From NCBI GenBank assembly GCA_965153455.1, contig OZ234493.1:17412213-17476212 (forward strand): 64,000 nucleotides of DNA, read 5' to 3'. This stretch comes from Sphagnum compactum (Eukaryota). The position numbers and the translations under genes are program-made. Positions 1 through 10,909 of this stretch are shown in pieces (within the stretch, counting starts at the first letter, position 1; each line of letters starts with the position of its first letter). The notes under the pieces are model-generated. The model was not told where the DNA came from. It ran no database searches and saw nothing but the letters and a program-made list of their open reading frames with translations.

Positions 1-792
1 TACTGAGTAGGCCAATCACGTGGTTGCCCGAAAAAGAAACTAAAGAAATATAAAGCCTAAACCCCCCCTGCCGTGCCCCCCCCTCTTCCCTCTTCTACTT
101 GCGAATGGTCGCCTTCTGTTATTTTTCGTCAAGCCTCACTCATTTTCGCCCTCTTCTTATTCGATTTTCCGTCGCTCGAATCATTCATTTTGTTAAGATG
201 TCTTTTTTTTTACCAGCGGTTAAAATCGTTGAACTTTTTCCCTCAGCGAACGAATGTAAACGCGGAGAGCCCAGAGTCCGCTTTATCAGACCCCTCAAAT
301 TTTTGAAAAATACATGGGAACCCCTTAGGGATTCTTTTTGTCTGTTTATGTTTTACGAATATATTTAACCAGGTATAAATATTTAATGTTGTGTAAAGAG
401 GTATTTCGTTTGAAGATCGTCATCATTTGCATCATTTTTTAACAGGAGTATTGTAGGACTCGTGCCCTCCAGAGGATGTTCATTGCTTGATTGAATGGGA
501 AAAGAAAATCGTGCCTTATGAAATTTCCCGGGTTTTTTTTTTTGTTTCCCGGGCTTGAATGACCCAACACCCACCACTGCCCCATCCACAAATCTTGCTT
601 CAGGGTTTAGGGTTGACAAACTTTTCTCCCGGGGAAATTAATAAATAACTTGAAGAAAAGGGAGAAAATATGTTTGTAAAATTAAAAATCTATACCATAC
701 AAGAGGTATTTGATATGAATTTGTCTGGAACAACCCAAGCCGCATCACAAAATAAATCAAGAAATGCTTTTTATGACGACCAAATAACAATG

Positions 793-909
793 AGGGTTGT
801 TTTGGGAAAAGGAACATTATGGCAACGCCGCAGGGCATATCTAACCAAATAATAACTAGGGTTGTTTTGGGAAAAGGAACATTATGACAAGGCCGCAGGG
901 CATATCTAA
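793..909. repeat. Short tandem duplication (~65 bp period, 2 copies)
   Basis: AGGGTTGTTTTGGGAAAAGGAACATTATG...GCCGCAGGGCATATCTAA at ~793 and ~858. Confidence 0.8.
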
Positions 910-2029
910 AGTATGTCATCGTGGCAAATCGCGGTTAATTTTAATTGGTAAATACCCCATGACATTTTTGGGAAACTACATTAGAGTTTTCACGCTTGCA
1001 CAAAGTTTAATATATCACACATCCTTTTTGATCTATAAACATTCATTATAACAAAGCTTTGTTGGGATGGATGACGAATTAAATGTTTATTAAACAATGA
1101 AAATAAGAATCGGATCTATTTCCCTCCAAATATACAAAAGATAAATTGGCCATGAATCATGCATGTCCGTAAATGTTATGTGATGGCCCACAATTTTAAC
1201 ATAAACCCAACCCCCCCCCCCAACCCCCCAAAAACACAATTTCCATATGCTCCTCCATCCTCTCCCAATGGCCCTTGTAAGCCCTTAAGTTTCTTGTTAT
1301 TTTTATATATAATGTTCTATAAAATTGTGTCAATGGCGACATTTTGATGGGTAGTCAAAAGTTAAATAGAATGCAAACGTAACTATTAAAGTTGCACACA
1401 AAAACGTAAAATAATTCGAACCACACCATGTGAAGTTATACTATAGTGGAGCATAGCGAAAAAATAGGAAGAGGAAGTCGATTACCGAGCCACGGAGCGA
1501 GCTTCCATTTAAAAATTTGGTGGAGTGCTACCCTAAGCCCCAATTTGAACTTTAAAATTTTGCCATCGAAAGAAGTTTTTTTTTAAAAATTATAATGTGT
1601 GGTTTGACGTGATATAAGCCAAACATGATGTGTGATAGCCCCCCGGGGAAACGTTATACGGGATCGTACCTTAAGGAACATGTAAAAATTTATAAAATAT
1701 GCTTCATATATGGTGCACAGGACAGGCCAACCCTAAACACCTAAAACTGCGTTCAAGAGTTTCCCGGGCGTTATCAATGAATACAGGATTGTATCAAATC
1801 CACCACAAAGTAATTTACCTTTTCATAAAATTTATTAGATTTCATTTATGATGATAAATAATATATATGCATGGATGGAAATAAAAGGCTGCGCAACGTG
1901 CTACGAAGGCCAAGTACATTTAATCATGTCATTTATCAATTCTTCCAAACATAATGAAATTGGAGTGGGGCGCAGAATAAACTTATGGGGTTGGAGATTC
2001 ATTTTTTCCGATTCTTTAGTGTGCAGCAG

Positions 2030-3660
2030 GAATTTCTCTCGCAAAATCTCGTGATTTGGAAACCAGGAGCTGTTCTGAATGTGCAACCAGGAGCGCTTCA
2101 CATCACCGAACTCTTGTTCCTAAGGTGAGCAACCTGACATCGGGCTCCATGTAAATTTCAAAGATACATCTTATAATCTTGTCCGCAAGGTCCGCCCGTC
2201 CTTCAAATCACGAACTTTTGGATTGTCATTTTTTGCACATGTTATGCTCGCAGGGGGGATTATAGCACAAACGACAGACTTTCCACTTCGCACACATGCC
2301 AGCTTAATTGAGGGCGGGGAGCCAGCGCAGGTGTCAAAACTGGGACCCATACCAGCATTTGCATTTGTTTTCCTCCGAAAATTTCATTTGTTGTCGTTGT
2401 GGCTTTCCGGTGCAGCGGATCATACCTTAGGGAACAAAAAGTTCTTTTGTGAATCGCGCGGCGTGTTACAAATTCTAACTTGTTCTCCCTGGGAGATCGC
2501 AACAGAACTTGTATGACCCGCCTTGATAAATCCGTAGAAATTCCTGGTGGTTCAAAGACGTTCTCTGTGTGGGCGAAATGAATGTTTGTCCACACAATCC
2601 CCAATTACCATAGTGTGCAAACATTAGTTCACGCTATATTGGTTTGCGCAGCCCCGAACATTTGAAGTGCGTGCATTCCGAGTCTGTTGTACACATGGAA
2701 CCTGTGCTGTTTTCATCCGTCAACTCTCGCCCTTCACTGTTTTACAGGAGCGAGGAGGCAGAAGGAGCACAGACGTCAGATCACATCGCAAGTCCAACTC
2801 CGTGTATGTGCGAACTTATCCAAGTAAGCACATGTGCAGAACTACCTTAAGGGCTGTATGCACGAATTTGAACACTTTCCTATTGAGGGGATGTCGGTGT
2901 TGGGTAAAATCACCAACACCCAGAATTCGATTTCGTGTGTCTGCAGGGTTGATTGAGGTGGATTCGACAAAGCCGGTGTTATTGGTATATGGAGCTTCGA
3001 TTTTCAATTGTAACCCTGATGCCTGCACAAACATCTGCGTGAGCGCAACGAGCAATATGTATAGGTATCAAAATATCAACCATACACCATCATCCGCATT
3101 CGTTTCCCTCTCAAAACTTGATTCGGGGTCGTTGTCACAGTGTCTTTGGAGCACAGTGAAAAAGTCGTCGGGAACGGAGAGCTCTCGTGTGAATGGTGTA
3201 GAGGGTTGTAAGATTGAGCTTGTTTTTCATACATGGAATTATGAGATGGCAGGAAAAATTTCTGCGATTGCACCTGATATCTTTGCAGTGATTTTTTCAT
3301 GTTTCAATGAAGTCACTTGGTGCCGGCGAAACGGATGTTTGTCGACCCAACACCAAAATAACACAGTGTGCATGCAGACATCGGTTTAGGATGTATCGGT
3401 TTACAGAGCTTTGAGCATTTGGAGGATAGAATCAATGTTGTTTTCGTCTTTCCACTCGCACACTTCCATGCTTTGCAGGGGGCCACGGGGCGCACGGAGC
3501 ACGGTGGTTGGATGGCATCGCAAATTCGAATGCATATATACGCCTGAACCCTTATTCCGGCATTGAGACCCGGTAAGTGCACGGACCAAACGTCTTCGGT
3601 GTGTGCAGGAATTTGATCTTGTGTAGATGTTCTGTTCGGGAAAATCAATGCGTACATTGA
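2030..3660 (-). pseudogene. Possible decayed, unidentified ORF divergent from the YR-helicase gene
   Basis: Higher GC than the flank; protein-like minus-strand segments separated by stops (EGRADLADKIIRCIFEIYMEPDVRLLTLG; WKDENNIDSILQMLKAL; LLVALTQMFVQASGLQLKIEAPY); no family recognised. Confidence 0.25.
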
Positions 3661-5989
3661 AATCAGAACTGCATTTTCCTATGGTTACAGGTTGTAGGTT
3701 GGTTTGACTGGGCTCGAGTCATTCGTGTTTTGCCCTAGGACATTGTCGATCACAACTCTTATGCCTTCTCTAAACATCTGTCGATTACCAACCGATATTC
3801 ATGGCCGACTTCCGATGCCCCGAGTGTGACATTTGTTTCGCCGCTTCTCATCAACGTGATGGACATCGCCGATCGGTGCATCGAACAGCTTGTAAGATCC
3901 GTACCACCACCGGTGGAATTACTGTCAATCGATCGATCGACGGCAAATATCCTTGCCCCGTGGAGGGCTGCAAGAGCACATTTGAACGCAGTGACAAGCT
4001 CCAGGGCCATTTCAAAGTGCGACATGCGGAACAGAGCGATTCCGCCCTAAATCAAGATCTTGACGACAACGACGCGCAAATTAGGGCAATGTCCCTGGGC
4101 ATGTTAATCCAGCCGCCCATCGAACAAACACCGGAACTGCTCCGTGATGTGGGCCTTGCGGTTCTCAACATCGCGGATGGCATTTGTCTCCTGTTGTGCA
4201 GGGTTTGCGACGTCTGTTTTGAGCCCGAGGCTCGCCGTGTGCATAACCACTTATTGGGGCACGACAATTGGAGAGCTCCCAAACGACATCGCAACGGTAG
4301 CCTCCGTCGCGTGACTGGGATCCCACCTGTTACGGATTTCGCATCGTCGTTCGACGAGATCGAGTTCACCCAGTTGCAAGACCCTCGCCTGGAAAGGTAT
4401 ACCACATCTCCACGGCAGGAGCTTTTGCCGGTGGTCCCAGGGATAAAGGTTGTGAAAGGATATCGATGCGAGGCGGAAGGATGTGCATACTATTCCGCCA
4501 CCAAGAAGATTATGGGCAATCATCGTCGGGCCAAACATTTCTTCTTACCGGTTCATGCCAACGGTCAACCGTGTCAGGTGCAGCGCCTTTTCAAAAAGGT
4601 CGGGTACACCGCGTATTTTGGTGTGGACCACCAAAATGTGGAGCTCGAAGGCGATCCAGCAGGGCTCCATCTGAAGGAGCAGGTGCACGTTTCGTTACAG
4701 GCCCACCAATGTTCCGTGCGGAACGCGGCACCAAATCCATCCATTCGTGAATTGAGTCCATGGCTGAGAGTGTCTCGTTGGCACGAGCTCGCCGTCAACC
4801 ACATCATTCCGGAAGGTACGCCGTTGGACCGCATCAAGGGAGCGAGCGTGCTTCCGAACCCAATCGGCGGGGAATCCAATTTGGATCGTTTGCCTTCGAT
4901 AGTCCGAGCGTATTTGGAGAATGCGCAGGCCATGATCGGTCGTGTGCCATACCATCTCAGGCGGTTGGTCGTCTCAGTGGTAGATTCCCCCCTGGCCGCG
5001 GTGGGGCTCAACCAGCTTTGGATGCCATCCACCATAACCAGATATTGTACGTTGATGACCAAGCTGCTCACTATGATGGTCCGATCCAGGGACAGCGCCC
5101 CAGTGGATGACGAGCCATTCGTCAACGTTCTGGGCGATTTGCATTCGGATCTCGGAGATGCGCTGGAGAATCTCATCTCTCACATCCGAAGTCGACGAGA
5201 CGCGGACGGGGATGACGAAGATCTCGTTCCCATCCACACGATGTTGCTCCACATTTGCAGACCGCCGACGTGTCCGGTCATTCAACACGGGCTCCAAACC
5301 GGTTGTCCGATAATCAGGTTCATGATCGTGAACAGCCTGAAGTCGGACCCTTCGTCGAACAACCTCGCTTTCGAACACGTTCGACGCGTGTCGGGTCCCA
5401 TAGCCATTCTCCAGTATTGGTGGAGACGCACGATCCTCATGCAGCTGGTGCGTCCGATGTGGCAGCCCGATCACCCCCCCATCCCGTGGTGCGAAGCCGA
5501 CGAGTGGCTTGCTTGCGTTCGCGAGAACGCCAAGGACACACCGTTCAACAGACTGCGGGAGACCATGCGCCTCGCGGGGGCGGTGTCGGGCGACGAACCT
5601 TGCATCCCGAGACTCGTTCGGATCGGTCCCATGGCGTGCACGATCGATGGTCAAGCCGTCACCATTGACACTTTACGAAACCTAGTCGGCGAACTGCTCC
5701 GCGAGGCAAATCGGGTGATGAGAAACCAATTGTTGCTAGGACTCCAGACAACCTGGATCGGCCGGGTGATAGCGGAGGGTAACGTCGCGGATAGGGCGAA
5801 CGAAGACGAAGTCGGGTATTCTTTCTTGTCGGATGCCCGTAACGAATTTCATCGTCACGGACAAGATCTTGCCATCCACCTTTTTAGCGATCGGCGTACC
5901 CGAGGTCTTTTCGTCAAAGGCACAGAAGGCGACCGATCCATCGCATGGAATCAGAATGCTTTGGCGATGTGGGCCAAGGCGGCGGATCG

Positions 5990-6540
5990 TATGCACGCGT
6001 TGTTATTTTTGCTCATGCATTTCACCGCCGGCGGTCCTCCTCGCGGCGAGGAGTACAGGAGCTACCTCCTTCGCAACACAGAGCATTCCGAAAAGACATT
6101 TTATTGGTCCGCGGGCACCATCATGACCTTCCAGAGATACCACAAGGGCGCCAACGCAGGGCGACCGGTCAAACTAATACCCCGTTTCCTACCCCCGGAA
6201 CTCAATTCGCTCTTCATCGAATATATGTTGCTGGTGAGGCCGGTGCAATCCTTCATCGCGGGTTTGCGCGGAAACATTGACGCAGCCCGACAACACATGG
6301 ACCTTTGGGCCATTGAACGAGATGTCGCCATGGACGGCGAAGATGTTTTCCGTTTGGTGGCCACGGCGTTCCTCGAGCGCGCAAATCTCGATCTGGGGAT
6401 CGCGGATTATCGTCACCTGGCCGCTTACTTCGGTGGTGCTATCAAGCAAAGTTATTGCATGGAATTTCCCATCGACGAGACGTCGGGGCATTCTTCGACC
6501 ATGGCCGCACGACAGTACGCCAATTGTTCCAACGACCATA
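5990..6540 (+). mobile_element. Tyrosine recombinase-like catalytic domain within the large ORF
   Basis: Ordered residues R748 (PPRGEE, 6042), K782 (RYHKG, 6144), R871 (ADYRH, 6411), H897 (SGHS, 6489), Y906 (RQYA, 6516) follow the R-K-(H)xxR-H-Y order of YR enzymes; the HxxR His position is Ala. Confidence 0.65.
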
Positions 6541-6869
6541 AATTCATGGACAGTCAACAGATGTACACGTACAGATTAGCTGCCGAAGCGTGGCATCGCT
6601 TGTTGCAACTCGACCGTAGCCCGGTCCGAAACCCTCCGACTGGCGGTTCGACCGACGAGGTTCCTGGGGGTGTCGACCGACCTGACGGCGGCCATTGTTC
6701 GTCGCAACCCCAGTGCGCCTCTCTCCTCGCATCTCTCGTGTGTTTGGTCACACAGACCGTCCCTCAACCGACCTTGCCGCCACCGCCCGAGGATCAAACG
6801 CACGAAGTGCGTTCTCTGCGAGCCCTTCGTCGACTGGGCCACGCATAGTGGACGTGCAAGGAACAAGGT

Positions 6870-7950
6870 TTGGCCGTGACGTTGGTCCTCGAAAACAGGG
6901 TCGATGTTTTGGTGGTCATGCCCACCGGACACGGCAAATCGGCTGTGTTCATGATCCCGTCGATGGTGACGGCTCGCACCGTCATCGTGGTGGTGCCCCT
7001 GACGATCCTAGTCCACGGACACGAAGCGGACGCGACCCGAGCCGGCTTACGACATGCGACCTCCGGCGCGGACACAGTCACATTCGACGATCCTCCGTCA
7101 ATCTTGTTCGTATCGGTGGAACGTGCGGCCAGTCCCGGGTTCGTGGAACTCGCGCATACGTTGAACCATTTGAAAAAGCTTCACTGCGTCGTCGTGGATG
7201 AAGCGCATTTGCTGCTGTCAGATTTCAGACCCGTCATGAAGCGCCTTTTGCCGTTGTGGGCCGTGGGATGCCAGCTCGTCGCGTTGACGGCCTCGCTCTC
7301 CCCTTCCAAAGAGACGGACCTCAAGATTGTGATGTCCACGAGATTCGCCGTCATCCGGATGTCCACGGTGCGCCCGCTGATCGAATACGTCGTCGACGAG
7401 GTGGCCGACGTGGACGAGGAAATCGTTCAACAGCTCATCGAATGGGATTACAACGTCTCTTCCGAGACGGACAGGGCCATGGTGTATTGCTTGACGCGAG
7501 AGTCGGTCGAGCAAGTGGCGTCCATGGCCAACAACGTGGCGTGCGTGAGGACCGCTCACCTTCACGCCCATCTCGACGACGACGCTAAGAAGGCGCAGTT
7601 GCAATCGTGGCTCTCAGGCGAAGCGCGCGTCATGGTGGCCACCGGGGTCATCGGCTGCGGGTACAACTATCCGTCGGTCCGGCTCGTCATTCATTGCGGA
7701 TCTTTCAGATCTTTTGCTGCTCTGCACCAAGAGTCCGGGCGACTCGCCCGTGACGGCCGACCGGGTACCAGCAGAGTGATTTCGAGCACGAGATCTAGAG
7801 CTGAAGCTCTGCACCTCGATTCCTCCTTCGCGGAGCCCAACGTTTGGATCACGGACACGGAGAATTGTTGACGCCACCATCTTCATTTGGCTGTGGACGG
7901 CCAACCGCAACGATGCAGCCTGATTCCCGTCGCACAACCCTGCGACAACT
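6870..7950 (+). CDS. RecQ-family DNA helicase domain plus Zn-binding (RQC-like) segment
   Basis: Walker A MPTGHGKS, VVVPL, SVE, VVDEAH, LTAS, VYC, VAT..G.G, IH, QESGRLARDG; CRR...CDNC Zn site if TGA 7869 is read as CGA. Confidence 0.9.
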
Positions 7951-8830
7951 GTTTGCGGCAATCACGAGCGGTGTCACAGCAACCCCCCTCACCATTGCCG
8001 ATGCTCAGTGCGCGTGGCACGGCGCTCACCTCTTTCGTGAACGAGGATCGCGCAGCCCTGACGAATTTCCGTCGATTCGCTGCTCCGGAAGAACCCGATT
8101 GTCTCTTGTGCTGTGTTTACGGCGGTGATGGAAATGTGCGTCACCCCAGTCAAAATTGTCCGTTGTTGCTGGATGGTCGTCGATGCTTCAAATGTCTGGG
8201 ACCGCATCCTAGGTCGGATTGTCGTAATTCCATTCCCCAATCACCCGACGTTTGTCCCAAGTGCCACCTTTCGCACAACGGGCCAACGTTGGGCAACGTC
8301 CCATTGCACGAAGGAAGGTACGGTGTGGATTGCCCGGGTCAGATCCGGGGCGAACGATATCGAATTCTTATTTGGGCCATTTGGCGTCGCAACCTGTCGG
8401 ACGTGCGCAAGGCCATGCCGGAATTGACGAACATCACTCGCGACGAAGAGTTGGCTCGATGGATGGGACTAAAGGCCTTCGGCCGGTCCGTTACCAACTT
8501 CGCACGATTGGCGGATGCATGCATTCGAATGCTGGAGCGGGACCACAGATGTAGAAGCCGATTTTAGGATTGCAATCGTAAGTCCGATGACGGGTAGCCT
8601 CCTTCGGGCATATTGTTCGTGCCTCCTTCGGTTGCTGTCGACATCTTGCTTCGTGCGCACCGGCGGGAAGTCGACGAGCGTTCAACCATCGGAGTCTATA
8701 AATTGGGTGGGGTTGCGACAACGTCGAGAGCTTCTCAGAAGGTCGGATTGAAAAAATCGAAGGGAATTGGATTACGATATGTGGATATCTGTTGGTTCTG
8801 CACTGATGACGAGATCATTGTTGATATGGC

Positions 8831-8930
8831 AGCTAGCATTTCCCAACCTGGACTCGCTGCCGCAACCGGAAGACTAAGAGTAGCACCCAGCACTCCAATA
8901 ATATTTGACGTTCAATTGTTGTACATACCT
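8831..8930 (+). pseudogene. Last-exon fragment of a chloroplast FKBP-type PPIase (FKBP16-3-like)
   Basis: After acceptor CAG: LAFPN(frameshift)GLAAATGRLRVAPSTPIIFDVQLLYIP, resembling the plant FKBP C-terminus GRPRVAPNSPVIFDV. Confidence 0.6.
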
Positions 8931-8949
8931 AATGTCTCATTTTCTATTG

Positions 8950-10630
8950 GCGAGTAAAAAGCTGACGACCCGGAGAACCTTTCGATTGACAGAGGAATCG
9001 GCTCACCATTCAGGGAGTGCATTCAAAGATCATCTTTTTCTTAACAATGATGTTGTACAAATCGTGTGGATTCTCTCCTGAGGTTCTTTTGGCCATTTTC
9101 CAAAAGAAATTTGAAAACATTCACCAAAAATATAGAAGGTTGCCTCCCTAAAATCTGCAATTTGTAGAGTTGTCGCCAATGCATGTTGGATTCTTTTGGG
9201 AATGCTCATCGACGATGCCGCAGCTGCAGGACCGAAAAACAGTGGATTGCACTTGAATTTTGCAGACACATTTTTTTTGCCACAAAGCATGCACCTTCTA
9301 CTTTGCTTTCATGTACCAGGAAATGCAAACTACACGACTGTATCAGCTTCTGCATCCACTTCGTACCTGGAGCTCTCTTAATGAATTGTAGATGCTTCGG
9401 TGACTCCATTCCGAGAGTTTTTTCATATCTTGCGATCTCCTAGTTTGCTAAACTTCCCCTTCACCTCAATTCGTTACAGATCGATATCTCCAAGTTCTAT
9501 CTGCACTCCAAACTTGACTGTTCAAAAAAGGCTGGTCAGTGTTACCAGAATAACTGGCACTGTAACGGGCGTTACCGGTTATGTTATTCTTAACTACGCA
9601 GAATGTCACAACCGTGTTGTGACCACGAATGCTCATGCAACCTCCATTTTGACTTGTGATAGGATAGCCTCACAGAATTCTGGAAGAATTAGTAAATCGT
9701 ACAGCAAAAAGATGAGCTGGCTTCACGACCAGCGGCAGCATTGTCTGAGGTGCGTTCCTTGAAGGAGCCTATTGATTCAAAAAGGTTGAAATTGACTTCA
9801 ACATGTCATTTTTTAGTGGCGAGTACAAAGCTGACGACCTTAAGACCCTAAACCCGATTGACAGAGGAATCAGCTCACCCTTCAAGTAGTGTATTTGAAG
9901 AGATCGTTTTTTTCTCTTAACAATGGTGTTGTACAAATCTTGTCTCTCCTGAGGTTCTTTTGGCCATTTTCCAAAAGAAATTTGAAAAACATCCACCGGA
10001 AAATATTGAAGGTTGCTTCCCTAAAATCTACAATTTGTACAGTTGTCGCCAATGGATGCTAGATTCTGCTACAAGACTGAAAAAATAGTGGATTGCACTT
10101 GAATTGCAAGACACATTTTTTTCGCCACAGAGCATGCACCCTTTACTTTGCTTTCGTGTACCAGGAAATGCAAACTACACGACTGTATCAGCTTCTTCAT
10201 CCACTTCGTACCTGGAGCTTTCTTAGTGAATTGAAGATGCTTCTATTACTCCGTTCCGAAAGTTTTCTCATATTTTGCGATCTCCTAGTTTGCTAAACTT
10301 CCACTTCACCTCAATTCATTACAGATCGATACCTCCAGGTTCTATCTGCACTCCAAGCTTGACTGTTCAAAAAAGCTGGTCAATGTTACCAGAATAACTG
10401 GCACTGTAAAGGGCGTTACCGGTTATGTCATTCGTGTTGTGATCATGAATGCTCATGCAACTTCAATTTCGACTTGTGATAGGATGGCCTCACAGAATTC
10501 TCGAAGGATTAGTAGACCATACGGACCCAAGATGAGCTGGCTTCACGACCAGCAGTAGTATTGTCTGAAGTGCGTTCCTTTAAGGAGCCTATTGATTCAG
10601 AAAGGTGGAAATTGACTTCGACGTGTCATT
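8950..10630. repeat. Tandem duplication (~870 bp); further partial copies at ~19245-20370 and ~22145-22745
   Basis: GCGAGTA.AAAGCTGACGACC at ~8950 and ~9819; shared GGAGCCTATTGATTCA.AAAG..TGAAATTGACTTC blocks at ~9764, 10584, 19774, 22146. Confidence 0.85.
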
Positions 10631-10739
10631 TTCTATTGAAACTGGACGTTCGAGGGAGCGACTCACATAAACATTCACATTTCACCGAGGTGGGAAAGAG
10701 CCAGCAACGAATCAAAGTTCTCGTTCAAGGTGAAAGTAC

Positions 10740-10886
10740 CACGTCGTCAGGTCAAATGGTAGGCTGGGCAATCTCTGAATCGATGCACCAAGAAGATGCG
10801 ACTGGTGATCTAATTTCTCCAGCCCCAGCCAACACGACTTACTCCTGCGATGTGTGCGGTCCCTTCAGTTGCCATACCGGCAAGGA
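10740..10886 (-). pseudogene. murA: MurA (UDP-GlcNAc enolpyruvyl transferase) terminal exon fragment, copy 1, 5'-truncated
   Basis: LAGMATEGTAHIAGVSRV...EKLDHQSHLLGASIQRLP. Confidence 0.75.
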
Positions 10887-10909
10887 TTCCTCCTTCGCCG
10901 AACCGAACG

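Larger units (their letters stand above)
3801..8567 (+). pseudogene. Intronless C2H2-ZnF / tyrosine-recombinase-like / RecQ (DEAH) helicase / Zn-knuckle protein (telomere-linked-helicase-like), two premature stops
   Basis: ORFs 3801-6848, 6870-7871 and 7887-8567 share one frame, separated only by TAG 6846-6848 and TGA 7869-7871. Motifs: CPECDICF..H..H, CPVEGC..H..H, SPWLRVSRW, GGPPRGEE, YRH, SGHS...Y, MPTGHGKS, DEAH, LTAS, QESGRLARDG, C*R..L...DG..C..CDNC, CFKC..H..C. Confidence 0.9.

Noticed and set aside
3759-8554. Many overlapping and antisense ORFs of 60-226 aa
   Set aside because: Shadow ORFs of the GC-rich main frame
3801-8567. Interpretation as a Helitron RepHel or a normal plant RecQ gene
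   Set aside because: The helicase is SF2 RecQ (DEAH), not Pif1; no HUH Rep motifs seen; no introns, HRDC domain or plant RecQ N-terminus
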